From Pseudomonadota bacterium (GTDB taxonomy: Bacteria; Babelota; Babeliae; Babelales; CAIQNR01), in the NCBI GenBank assembly GCA_027487215.1, contig JAIYDZ010000006.1:209191-273190 (forward strand): 64,000 nucleotides of DNA. The letters are read 5' to 3'. The translations under genes and the position numbers were made by a program. Shown here piece after piece: positions 41,805 through 51,409 of this stretch. The notes under the pieces are model-generated. The model saw only the letters and a program-made list of their open reading frames with translations, was not told where the DNA came from and did no database searches. Positions within the stretch are counted from its first letter, which is position 1. Each line of letters opens with the position of its first letter.

Positions 41805-43172
41805 TTACAATGGTAAAAGCTGATCATCAAGAACAATCATTTGATCTCGCTCAGGACCAACCGAAACAAAGCTGATAGGCGCCCCGGTCAAAAGTTCTAT
41901 TTTTTTGACAAATGCACGCGCTGCCTCTGGAAGATCAGAAAGTGATCGTGCGTTACGCGTTGAAGTTTTCCATCCAGGCATTGTGATATAGCGAGGTTCA
42001 ATCTTTTTTGCATGATTAATCATTGGTGGCAAATAATCATAATTTTTCTTATCCAGAACATAATCATAACAGATTTTAATTTCATCGAGTGTATCAAGCT
42101 CATCAAGCTTACTAATCGCTAATGAATCAATACCATTAATCAGAATAGCTTCACGAATAAGTACTAGATCAACCCATCCATAGCGCATATCTTCAATTTC
42201 TTCGCAGTATCCACTGTGAGCTTTTTTAAGTTTATCAAGCACCTTTTTATCTTTAATTTCTGCAGGCATTGGGCCTTTACCAATAAGCGTATTATATGAT
42301 TGCACAATACCTAACACATGGCCTACATTGCGAGGACCAACTCCAGCACCAGTAATAATTCCTGACGTGGTAGTACTTGAAGAACTTACATAAGGGTAGC
42401 AACCCATTGAAATATCAAGAAATGCTCCCTGGCACCCTTCAAAAATAACTGCTTTACCCTGAAGAATCAATTTATTGAGTTCTATCTCTAAATCATGCTT
42501 TACATAAGGTCGAATGCGATTAGCATATTCGCTATATTCTTTATAAACTTCTTCAAATACAAAAGGTTTTTCTTCAAAAATTTTTGTAAGTAACTGATTA
42601 GCAAAATCAACCGAATCGCGAAGAACTTCTTTAAACCGTACAGGGTCAATCAAATCTGCAACACGAATTCCAATACGAAGTCGCTTATCAGCTGCAGCTG
42701 CACCAAGACCTTTACGAGAACCTTCATCGGTACCGTTACGATACCAACGAGCAATAAGTTCATCTAATTTTTTGTGATACGGCATTATCACCTGAGCACG
42801 AGATGATATCCATAACCGACCCTCAATAGATTTATTTTTTGATTTGAGTAACTCAATCTCTTTAAATAAAATCTCAGGATCAATTTCCATGCCAGCAGTT
42901 AAATAACATTGAGTATTTTTTCTAAGTACGCCTGATGGAAGAATCATAAGATTGAAACCGTCACCAGCACGACGAATAATATTATTACCCCTTCCCTCAC
43001 TCAAGCTCTGAGAACGAACAACAATATGAGCACGTTCTGCTAGGTAATCGGTATATTTACCTACCCCACCAGAATTCCAGCCCAAAGAAGTAATAACTAA
43101 GCTGCGTGGTATCCACGCTTGCGCTGAAAACATCAAACAACATAAAACAAGTAATACCTTAAGCTTCTTCAT
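41805..43172 (-). CDS. Adenylosuccinate synthetase (PurA)-like protein with signal peptide and degenerate active site
   Basis: Full PurA scaffold (LPSGVL, IMPYH, GIRVADL, FEGCQG, YPYVSSS, GWVD, SKLDELD, MPGW, VSVGP.R); CAGGAG RBS; signal peptide MKKLKVLLVLCCLMFSAQA. Confidence 0.85.
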   Translation of the reverse strand: MKKLKVLLVLCCLMFSAQAWIPRSLVITSLGWNSGGVGKYTDYLAERAHIVVRSQSLSEGRGNNIIRRAGDGFNLMILPSGVLRKNTQCYLTAGMEIDPEILFKEIELLKSKNKSIEGRLWISSRAQVIMPYHKKLDELIARWYRNGTDEGSRKGLGAAAADKRLRIGIRVADLIDPVRFKEVLRDSVDFANQLLTKIFEEKPFVFEEVYKEYSEYANRIRPYVKHDLEIELNKLILQGKAVIFEGCQGAFLDISMGCYPYVSSSSTTTSGIITGAGVGPRNVGHVLGIVQSYNTLIGKGPMPAEIKDKKVLDKLKKAHSGYCEEIEDMRYGWVDLVLIREAILINGIDSLAISKLDELDTLDEIKICYDYVLDKKNYDYLPPMINHAKKIEPRYITMPGWKTSTRNARSLSDLPEAARAFVKKIELLTGAPISFVSVGPERDQMIVLDDQLLPL

Positions 43173-43209
43173 TCTCTCTCCTGCCAATCGGTTATCACCA
43201 CTCGTGGAC

Positions 43210-43238
43210 ATTGTGCCCCAAAAGAAAAAAACTGTAAA
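43210..43238 (-). promoter_or_regulatory. Candidate sigma70 promoter of the PurA-like gene
   Basis: Minus strand TTTACA-N17-CACAAT. Confidence 0.45.
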
Positions 43239-43287
43239 TAAAAAATGGTGAACCTTGTCATGAACAATGATTCACCATTTTTTATTT
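43236..43287. terminator. Bidirectional terminator (17-bp perfect inverted repeat) after the SPFH gene
   Basis: AAATAAAAAATGGTGAA / TTCACCATTTTTTATTT. Confidence 0.75.
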
Positions 43288-43345
43288 TTATATCTTAAAA
43301 GGGGTAATTACACCGAGTTACACCTTCATAACTGATGCATAATTA

Positions 43346-44326
43346 TTATTCTTGTGTCTTTTCAAAAATCTGCTTGATAGTACTTAATGAACCAAGCAAT
43401 GCAGACGCTTCATAAGGAACAAGAATCATCTTACCATTTTTATCTTTGGTAATTTCAGGTAACGTTTTAATATATTCACGTGCAATCATATACGGTAACG
43501 GATCACGTCCAGGTACTGACTTTTGTAATATTTCAATTGCCTCAGCTTCTGCACGAGTAACTTGTAAACGTGCATTTGCTTGACCTTGCGCTTCAATGAC
43601 TTGTGATTCTGCAATACCACGAGCTCTTAAAATACGTGACTCACGTTCACCTTCTGCTTGTAAAATAGCAGCGCCTTTTTCACCTTCTGATTCAAGCATA
43701 ATAGCACGACGATCACGTTCTGCACGCATCTGTTTTTCCATCGCGCTACGAATATCTTGTGGTGGATTAACTTCTTGTAATTCAACACGATTGATTTTCA
43801 CACCCCATTTATCAGTTGCCTCATCAAGAATAATTTGCAAGCGTTCGTTAATATGATCACGAGAAACGAGTGATGCATCAAGATCCATTGACCCAATAAC
43901 ATTTCGCAACGTTGTCTGAGTCAATTTTTCAATTGCTTCAGGAAGGTTTGAAACTTCATACACTGCAGCTTTTGGATTGGTAATCTGATAATAAAGGAGC
44001 GCATTAATTTCCATTGTAACGTTATCTTTAGTAATCACGTTTTGTTTTGGAAAATCATACACTGCCTCACGCAAATCGATTCTACTAATCTGTTTTATAT
44101 AACGTATATACTTACCATATTCATTTTGACGAACAAAGGTCCACACACATGAAAATGGTGCATCAAGTAACGGGTTTACCAAATGTAATCCCGGAGTTAA
44201 CGTTTTATGATAACGACCTAAACGCTGAATAACCAACGCTTCCGCTTGATTGACCAAATACACTGATTTGCTCAAAAAAACTAAAAATACAATGAGGGCT
44301 GCCCCAAAAAGAACTAATGAGATCAT
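43346..44326 (-). CDS. SPFH/band 7 (stomatin-like, QmcA-type) protein
   Basis: N-terminal TM, IDLRE..DFPKQNVITKDNV, QTTLRNVIG, WGVKINRVE, MEKQMRAERDRRA. Confidence 0.94.
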   Translation of the reverse strand: MISLVLFGAALIVFLVFLSKSVYLVNQAEALVIQRLGRYHKTLTPGLHLVNPLLDAPFSCVWTFVRQNEYGKYIRYIKQISRIDLREAVYDFPKQNVITKDNVTMEINALLYYQITNPKAAVYEVSNLPEAIEKLTQTTLRNVIGSMDLDASLVSRDHINERLQIILDEATDKWGVKINRVELQEVNPPQDIRSAMEKQMRAERDRRAIMLESEGEKGAAILQAEGERESRILRARGIAESQVIEAQGQANARLQVTRAEAEAIEILQKSVPGRDPLPYMIAREYIKTLPEITKDKNGKMILVPYEASALLGSLSTIKQIFEKTQE

Positions 44327-44368
44327 AATAATCTCCTTTCACATACATAATTTCTTTTATTTAAAAAA

Positions 44369-44836
44369 TTAGGTAGAAACTTTTTCTACCACCAACTGAG
44401 TACCTATCACATTTTTAATAATAACAAGGTCACCGGCAGAAACTGTTTGACCATGGACTGACTGAGCACGCCACGTTTCACCACCGACACGCACAAGCAT
44501 TACTGCCTGCTCGTTTTTTATCACCACCACTTTTTTACCAATCAAAGCATCAACATTACTGTGTTGACCCACGTGAGTGGTTAGTACCTCTTTAACAGGA
44601 AAAATAAAACGGCGTATACCATGCATTATAATAAGACAGATAATAGAGCTTCCTAAAAAAATCCACGCTTGCTCAGTTCCTGACAAAGCAGGAAAATATG
44701 CGGCCACACCAGCCGTACATACAGCTCCCAAAGCAAACGATAAGAAATACAACAGGCCCGGATGCCCAGCCTCTACAATTACACATACCAATGCAACGAG
44801 AAACCAGAATTGGACGATAAGACTGAGTGTCATCAT
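44369..44836 (-). CDS. NfeD-like (YbbJ-type) membrane protein
   Basis: TM N-terminus, NVDALIGK, VRVGGETWRA OB-fold; upstream of the SPFH gene. Confidence 0.9.
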   Translation of the reverse strand: MMTLSLIVQFWFLVALVCVIVEAGHPGLLYFLSFALGAVCTAGVAAYFPALSGTEQAWIFLGSSIICLIIMHGIRRFIFPVKEVLTTHVGQHSNVDALIGKKVVVIKNEQAVMLVRVGGETWRAQSVHGQTVSAGDLVIIKNVIGTQLVVEKVST

Positions 44837-45082
44837 AAGACACCCCCTTTCAAATAGAACAGCAGTTAAAAAAATTACTGTTTAGTCATAATACCATATA
44901 CAAGGCTTTTTTCAACGTACCCTCACCACAATAAGCCTTTTTAAAGAGCACAAAACAAAAAAGAGCTGCTCTTGGAATCCTATGACTCCACAACAACTCT
45001 TTTAATTTTAATTATTACATTTCTGATATGTAACAATTATGCTGTTTATTCAAACCTTCCTAACAAAATCTTACACTTATTA

Positions 45083-45973
45083 TTATTGTCGTAAGAGGCT
45101 TATTATCTCTTTTCTTATCACTGAATCAGTAATATCACGAGCTACATCATCCGCAGTTTGTCCTTTTTTATCTGCACGATCAACCTCAGCACCATTCTCA
45201 AGAAGAAGTTTTACCATTTCAATGTTCCCATTACTAACTGCATAAAAAAGAGCTGTTTTCCCATTACTATCTTGCACGTTAACCAAAACTTTCACGGAGC
45301 CAGTCACATCTACGCTTGTCATTAAATAAGGAGAGTCTCCTTGATTTGAATAAACGGTTTTTGCATGATCTAATAACACTGAAAGTGTTTCAAAATCATT
45401 CAATTCAGCAGCTTTATGCAATGGTGTATTTTCATCTTCATCAAAAACGTTTATATCAAATTCTGGCTTTTCATTTAAAAATCTTTTCACCCCTGCGCTA
45501 TCACCCTTTGCAACAAAAAGCATTAAGGTAGTAAGTGAAAGATTATCGTAAGAACCCTCTTTCCCTCCTTCTAGCTCAAGTTCATCTACAAGTTCATAAA
45601 TCTCTTTTTCCCCTGCATTTGCATAAATAAGTTCTTTTTTTGCCAATTGACTTGCTGAACTCGCTCTGCGAGCAGGTACAGGAGGAGGCAGCTGTTGATA
45701 AAGTTGGCCCGACCCTTGGATTGGAGAAATACGCACAGGCGATGCTGATGAGCCTTTTTTGTCAGGACTTCTTGGAGGCAATGCTGGTGCCCCTTCACCG
45801 TGATCATAGCTCTGGTTCATATAAATTGGTTCTTTGCTAGCACGAATTCGTGGTGGTAATGCTGGCGCAGATTGACCAGCTGGTGATAGATTTCCGTAAA
45901 TAGGCTCTTCTGCCGGTTTAAGCTCTGTAACTATTAAAAATAAAAATAACGTATATAAAAATAATTTCTTCAT
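45083..45973 (-). CDS. Secreted ankyrin-repeat protein with Tyr-motif/Pro-rich N-terminal region
   Basis: Signal peptide; ankyrins NTPLHKAA, GKTALFYAVSNGNIEMVKLLLENGAEVD, GQTADDVA; GGGAGG RBS. Confidence 0.9.
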   Translation of the reverse strand: MKKLFLYTLFLFLIVTELKPAEEPIYGNLSPAGQSAPALPPRIRASKEPIYMNQSYDHGEGAPALPPRSPDKKGSSASPVRISPIQGSGQLYQQLPPPVPARRASSASQLAKKELIYANAGEKEIYELVDELELEGGKEGSYDNLSLTTLMLFVAKGDSAGVKRFLNEKPEFDINVFDEDENTPLHKAAELNDFETLSVLLDHAKTVYSNQGDSPYLMTSVDVTGSVKVLVNVQDSNGKTALFYAVSNGNIEMVKLLLENGAEVDRADKKGQTADDVARDITDSVIRKEIISLLRQ

Positions 45974-46108
45974 GATAACCTCCCATGTTTAAATTCTCCA
46001 TTAATTTAATCATACTCAAATGAGATGATATAATGCAATCAAACCGAGTCTAGGAGCTTATTTTAAAAGGTTTTAAGAAAAAAGTTATTACATACAGCGA
46101 GAAATAAG

Positions 46109-46903
46109 ATGGAAACTAAAAAACGTATTACTATTTTTATTCATGGCACCTATCATGCCCACCTGCTTATTCCGTCATTTTTTAAGCGTATGTATCAATT
46201 TGTCTATCACCCGGTCGGACTTTTTCATTCAAGTGTCATGCTTCAAAATTATGTTTTTGCTCGAACCCTAACCAGCTTAACGAGCCTTAACCCAAAAGAA
46301 TTTCCGGCTGAGCATGCGTTTTTATATGTATGGAATGGAAAACTCTGTCCTTTACATCGCCATGCCGCTGCGCACGATCTTCACCTTGAACTTAAAAAGC
46401 TTAAACAAAGTTATCCTGAATGGGAGCTTACCCTTATTACGCACAGCCATGGAGCAAACGTTGCCCTTAACCTGGCTCATCATGCAACACCAGAAGATTA
46501 TGTGGTTGATAGACTTATCGTGCTTGCATCACCAGTACAACATGTTACGCGAGACTTGATCGACTCTTCCCTTTTTACCCAAATAATTGCACTCTATTCA
46601 GCTCGAGATATTCTACAGATTATTGATCCCCAAGGGGCAATGCATCTTTTTACACGCTTTACCTCTTTGCTTACTAAAAAACCTATCGTTGCTGTTCCTT
46701 TTTTTTCGGAACGTATTTTTACAAGCAAAAAAGTAGTGCACATTCTTATTACCAGTAATGGATGGGGGCTGCTTCACCTAGAATTTATCTTACCTCCTTT
46801 TTTACAACGCATGACGGACCTTATAAAACTTGCAGACAGTTTACCGCAAGGGACACATACAACTTTTGATATCGTAAAAAATAAAAATAAGATTTTATAC
46901 TGA
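46109..46903 (+). CDS. Alpha/beta hydrolase fold protein
   Basis: IFIHGT oxyanion motif, ITHSHGANV nucleophile elbow, LIVLASP, YS..D, late His. Confidence 0.7.
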   Translation: METKKRITIFIHGTYHAHLLIPSFFKRMYQFVYHPVGLFHSSVMLQNYVFARTLTSLTSLNPKEFPAEHAFLYVWNGKLCPLHRHAAAHDLHLELKKLKQSYPEWELTLITHSHGANVALNLAHHATPEDYVVDRLIVLASPVQHVTRDLIDSSLFTQIIALYSARDILQIIDPQGAMHLFTRFTSLLTKKPIVAVPFFSERIFTSKKVVHILITSNGWGLLHLEFILPPFLQRMTDLIKLADSLPQGTHTTFDIVKNKNKILY

Positions 46904-47020
46904 AAATAAAGGGTTTTTTAATTTTTCCATCCCCTATCAAAATCTAAAAAAGTATTTATACTACACTACCCAACTTAAAAGTTTGGGTAAAAATGTAATA
47001 TCAATTTTTGGAGGTTTGCT

Positions 47021-47530
47021 GTGAAAAAACTAGTAGTATTTCTGTCACTTTTAACATTCACCATACACTCTGGTGAAAATAAAAACCCTTATCCAGCATA
47101 CCTAGAAGAACCAGCTGCTGAGAATATAAGCTCTTCTTCTATCAACAAAAAATCATCCACTCAATGGTCCAATCCTTTTACTCGTTTTTCAAACATGTAC
47201 GAACAACAAAGATATTTTGCCTTTAGTCCTCATCCAACGCTTCCTATTGCTGCATATGCAGGTTATTTTGCATACTTAATTCTTAAAAATGCTCCTCAAC
47301 ATAAAAATATTTTATATACCGGAGTTACAATTGGCGCTGGACTTGGAATGTGTTCTGGTTTGAAAAACATGAATATTAGATCTACAAAAAAAACACCTTT
47401 TGATTGTAGTCATGTAGCAATTGGAGCCGCTCTAGGAATGGTAGGAATATTTACAGCTTCACAGATTGTTAAAAACACTACTGAACTTTTTTCAACCTTA
47501 TCTGAATCTTTTAAACCTTATCCTCTTTAA
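47021..47530 (+). CDS. Hypothetical secreted/membrane protein
   Basis: GGAGG RBS; signal peptide; three Gly-rich hydrophobic segments. Confidence 0.7.
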   Translation: MKKLVVFLSLLTFTIHSGENKNPYPAYLEEPAAENISSSSINKKSSTQWSNPFTRFSNMYEQQRYFAFSPHPTLPIAAYAGYFAYLILKNAPQHKNILYTGVTIGAGLGMCSGLKNMNIRSTKKTPFDCSHVAIGAALGMVGIFTASQIVKNTTELFSTLSESFKPYPL

Positions 47531-47702
47531 ATAATTAAGAATACAAGCAATTTTTGTAGTCTCTTATTATTAAAATCAAGAGCAGATCAATTAAATGACT
47601 GCTTTTTTATTTTTTATATACAGAGTACTTTCCTCGTAAAACATAAATTGCCTATACTTTTTCTGAATAAAAATAATCACTCCTAAAAAAAAGGGATGCA
47701 TA

Positions 47703-48347
47703 ATGAAAATTTATCTCTTTGCCCTTTCGCTTTTAACTGTTACAGGATCTCTGTATTGCGCACAGTACAACGAAAAATCAATTTCTTCTGATGAAAGATC
47801 TGAATCTGAAAAACAATTTTATAAAGCCCTCACAGAGTTTAAAACTGCTCAATGGGCACTCCCTGCATTACATACAAAACACGAAGAATATAAAAAAAAC
47901 CCTGACTCTCAACTAGAAAAAGACATAGACGAACGATTAGGCGAATTACAAAAAACTTTAGAAGGTCCAATTTGTAAAGATAAACTAGAACAACTTTTTC
48001 AAACAAAAGTGAGAGATCCTAAAAAACCTTCTGCGTTTAGTAGTCCTGTAACGCAACTTAAAATTGGAGAATTAAGATCGCAAGTTTTGGCAAAGCAACT
48101 TATTGAAGAATACTTAATACCTCTTGCTGAAAAATCTGAACAAAATGACAGTGCGTCGTCAAGCCAAGCACTACAAGCCCGTTTAAGCAAAGTTGATAAG
48201 ACAGTAGTTAGTCGTTTGATTGAATTAGTTAAAGTTAACCAACAACCCAAAGCTTATCAAATATTGTTGGGTGCGCTTACACAGCTTCCGGGAGCCCAAC
48301 CTCTATCCGATGCAACAACTCCTGAATGCAAAAAAGCAAAAAACTAA
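47703..48347 (+). CDS. Secreted helical hypothetical protein
   Basis: Signal peptide MKIYLFALSLLTVTGSLYCA. Confidence 0.72.
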   Translation: MKIYLFALSLLTVTGSLYCAQYNEKSISSDERSESEKQFYKALTEFKTAQWALPALHTKHEEYKKNPDSQLEKDIDERLGELQKTLEGPICKDKLEQLFQTKVRDPKKPSAFSSPVTQLKIGELRSQVLAKQLIEEYLIPLAEKSEQNDSASSSQALQARLSKVDKTVVSRLIELVKVNQQPKAYQILLGALTQLPGAQPLSDATTPECKKAKN

Positions 48348-48375
48348 GTAAATTGTAGTTTCCACAGTACAGTTC

Positions 48376-48417
48376 AAAAATAGACAAAGAAATTTATTTT
48401 CTTTTGTCTATTTTTTT
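48376..48417. terminator. Intrinsic terminator
   Basis: AAAAATAGACAAAG...TTTGTCTATTTTTTT. Confidence 0.7.
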
Positions 48418-48494
48418 GAAACACACTCTGTAAAGTCTTTTTTTATTAATAATGACCAGGTTAAAGTAAAAGCGCTACTTTTTGAAACAAAGGA

Positions 48495-49787
48495 ATGCTT
48501 ATGAAACCAGTCTTTTTTACTCTTATTATCTTATCGCTCACTTGCACCATCCTATACGCACCCTTTAAAGATCAGTTTAACGGGACCACTTATACACGAT
48601 TGGCAGCACTTTCTCTTAAAAACTCTTGTATTAAAGAGCTCGCTGCACAGGCTCAATCAGAATCTGATAAAATGTATACAGAGTGGATAGCACTTTCATT
48701 TGCTCATACTTTCCCTACTGACCTTGTTAAACAAACAACCACAGGATCAGGAACACTCTCACAGTCTCAAGGACTGCTTACTGTTTCATCTGGCACCCAA
48801 GTTACTGCAACTGCCTCCTGTTTTAGTCGACCTGCAGTTCATAGCTGCCCAGGAAAAACAGTTATTGCTCAGTTCACTGCAGCTTTTGGTGCGACAAGTT
48901 CACACGGAACAGCAACACAATATTGTGGTCTTTTATCACCCCAAGATGGATACGCCATAGGATATCAAAATAATAGCTTTGGAATTATACATCGCAAAGG
49001 TGGACAACAGGTTGCTTTTATTGCACAAACAGCTTTCAACATTGATACACTCGATGGAAAGACAAACAGTGGTTTTATACTCACTCAAACAAACCTTAAT
49101 TACTACCGAATTTCTTGTGTAGGACTCGATACAGGGCCGGTGATATTTTCTGTCATGAATAATAATGGAACCTGGATTGCTTTTCATCAAATACAAGCAA
49201 CTACTTTACAAACTACACCACTCATCGCAGCCGCATCGCTTCCTCTAGCAATTGAAATTACTAAAAGTACAAGCGATGCAACACCTCTTTCTATTAAAAC
49301 TACCTCCTGGAGTGCAAAATCTGAAGGTGCAAACATTCCTACACGAATTTGGTCTTCCCAGGTAAGCGACAAACGTATTAATGGCAATACAAACCAACAC
49401 GTACTGACTATACGAGTAAAAGAACAGTTTAAAGGAAGCCTTAATTTTGGAAGACTCCGTATGCTTAGAACCGTTAGCTCAACAAGTGAAACTAATAAAA
49501 TTTTCCAAATTGAGTGTATTAAAAATGCTACGATCACCGGCGCTATTTATACTGATATCAACACAAATTTTTCTATCACAGAAGTCACTACCACAGGCAC
49601 TATTTCAGGAGGAATTTCACTTTTTAAATTAAACGGCTCAAGCACCTTAGCCAGTTCTTTTAATTTTCCACCAGATCAAATGATAATAGATCTTTTTCCA
49701 GGAGAAACTATAACCCTAGTTGCCTCAGAGAACATAGCTGGTGACATAAATATAAATGCTAACTGTGCGTGGCAAGAATATTACTAA
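48495..49787 (+). CDS. Secreted Thr/Ser-rich beta-sandwich (lectin/ConA-like) hypothetical protein
   Basis: Signal peptide; beta-strand pattern; FTAAF..GYAIGY..FN.D.LDG; C-terminal WQE. Confidence 0.6.
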   Translation: MLMKPVFFTLIILSLTCTILYAPFKDQFNGTTYTRLAALSLKNSCIKELAAQAQSESDKMYTEWIALSFAHTFPTDLVKQTTTGSGTLSQSQGLLTVSSGTQVTATASCFSRPAVHSCPGKTVIAQFTAAFGATSSHGTATQYCGLLSPQDGYAIGYQNNSFGIIHRKGGQQVAFIAQTAFNIDTLDGKTNSGFILTQTNLNYYRISCVGLDTGPVIFSVMNNNGTWIAFHQIQATTLQTTPLIAAASLPLAIEITKSTSDATPLSIKTTSWSAKSEGANIPTRIWSSQVSDKRINGNTNQHVLTIRVKEQFKGSLNFGRLRMLRTVSSTSETNKIFQIECIKNATITGAIYTDINTNFSITEVTTTGTISGGISLFKLNGSSTLASSFNFPPDQMIIDLFPGETITLVASENIAGDININANCAWQEYY

Positions 49788-49792
49788 ACAGC

Positions 49793-51397
49793 TTAGGATG
49801 GAATTGCTCGTTCAATAATCTCGCTATTTTCAAACTGACTCATTGAGCGTAGTTCCGTAAGTTCCGTTAAGTAAGCAACACACACTGGAAAAGCATTTAC
49901 GTTATCGTAAGGCGAAAGCTTTATATCATAGTTATTAAAAGAAAGACCATTGGCTGAACCATTACGATAGGCAAAGTTACCAATAAAACAGGTTACACTA
50001 GAATCTGAGATGTCTTTAATTCCATACCCGTTAACACCGGTATTGAAAAGTAGCTTAGTATCACGCACCACACATGAACTTGCACCATCTAACAGAATTC
50101 CATAAGCATTTGCACCTGGAGAATTTTGTCCAGAACTTTCTGATTGAACAACAGTGCAAAACGACTCACCGCCAGTCAAATAAAATCCGACAGCATTACC
50201 TGTCTGAGAGCCACTTTTCATTCCTCGAGCACTACATTGACTAAAAGAATTTCCCGTACAATTGGTAGTATAAAATCCATACGCATTGCCAGAGGTCCCT
50301 GTACTTACATTGGCACGCGCTTGGCACTCATTAACAGAACAAGAAGCAAGACTGTCAAAACTCATACCATAGACTGTTTGAGAGCTTGAGTTATTAACAA
50401 CAACAGACCGATCAATACGATGACCGCCTAAATTCTCAAGGCTGCTTGATATACATTTAATTCCATAGAAAGCACCTCCACGAGCACTATTATTCGATAA
50501 AGAACATTCAGTTATTGTACATCCATCAACATTGTCAAAAACAAACCCTGAAACCTCTCCACTGAAACTTTTATTGCAATGAGCTTGGCATCGAGTAAGT
50601 TCATTACTTGAACCCCCCACAAATCTCATTCCATACGCAGAGCCCGTTGTACCAGCCTTATTACAATCTGCCGAACAATCAACACACTTTACATGTGTCG
50701 ATCCGGTACAATAAAAGCCAGTCGCATTGCCAGCTCCAGCAGTCTCATTACGATTAAAACTACAATTTTCAAGTTCTATATTTTCACTATCAACCACCAT
50801 AAGCCCAATTGCACCATTGACCGCTTGCGTACTTGCACCGTTACAACGGCTTATTTTAACATTTTTAAGAACAACATCTTTGCAATTGGCATCAACCAAC
50901 ATTCCCATTAATGAACATTTATCAATTGTCATGTTTTCTAAAGCAATACCAGTACATCCCTGACCCACAATAATCCCCGTGCCAGAAGTACCAGAAATAA
51001 CTCCATTTAAAATTCTAATATTACTCAGTCCTGAAGCTATTTTTATAATGGTTCCACCGGTTGCAGTTCTTCCACTGGTTATAGAATATCCACGCAAATC
51101 AACCGTCACATTACTCGAGGTAATTTCAAGAAACGTAACATTGTTGTTAATCGGATCAATTGAAATGTTTTCAATAAAATAAAAACGGAAATTGGTAGAA
51201 ATAGTTTTCATAGACACATTAGCAAGCACAGCATTATTTATATCGCGCATACTAACAACATTATTAAAGGGTCTACCTACATCATCAGTAGAACCCCAAG
51301 TCACCATGCGATCAGACACATCTACACAATGCATTGCTGCGCTATATACCAATCCGATCAAACCAATTGTTACCATTAACTTCTGAAATATTTTCAC
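49793..51397 (-). CDS. Secreted right-handed beta-helix (pectin-lyase-like) protein
   Basis: Signal peptide; NVTVDLRGY, repeated N/C..I..C...N..G..YGF rungs. Confidence 0.8.
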   Translation of the reverse strand: MKIFQKLMVTIGLIGLVYSAAMHCVDVSDRMVTWGSTDDVGRPFNNVVSMRDINNAVLANVSMKTISTNFRFYFIENISIDPINNNVTFLEITSSNVTVDLRGYSITSGRTATGGTIIKIASGLSNIRILNGVISGTSGTGIIVGQGCTGIALENMTIDKCSLMGMLVDANCKDVVLKNVKISRCNGASTQAVNGAIGLMVVDSENIELENCSFNRNETAGAGNATGFYCTGSTHVKCVDCSADCNKAGTTGSAYGMRFVGGSSNELTRCQAHCNKSFSGEVSGFVFDNVDGCTITECSLSNNSARGGAFYGIKCISSSLENLGGHRIDRSVVVNNSSSQTVYGMSFDSLASCSVNECQARANVSTGTSGNAYGFYTTNCTGNSFSQCSARGMKSGSQTGNAVGFYLTGGESFCTVVQSESSGQNSPGANAYGILLDGASSCVVRDTKLLFNTGVNGYGIKDISDSSVTCFIGNFAYRNGSANGLSFNNYDIKLSPYDNVNAFPVCVAYLTELTELRSMSQFENSEIIERAIPS

Positions 51398-51409
51398 TAC
51401 TGTACCTCT

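Noticed and set aside
43052-43083. Asp13-to-Ser in the PurA-like P-loop suggests PurZ (2-aminoadenine DNA pathway)
   Set aside because: PurZ keeps GKG, NAGH and the TVT..R aspartate loop and loses the KLD guanine motif; here the opposite holds. There is a signal peptide and no phage, datZ or mazZ context.
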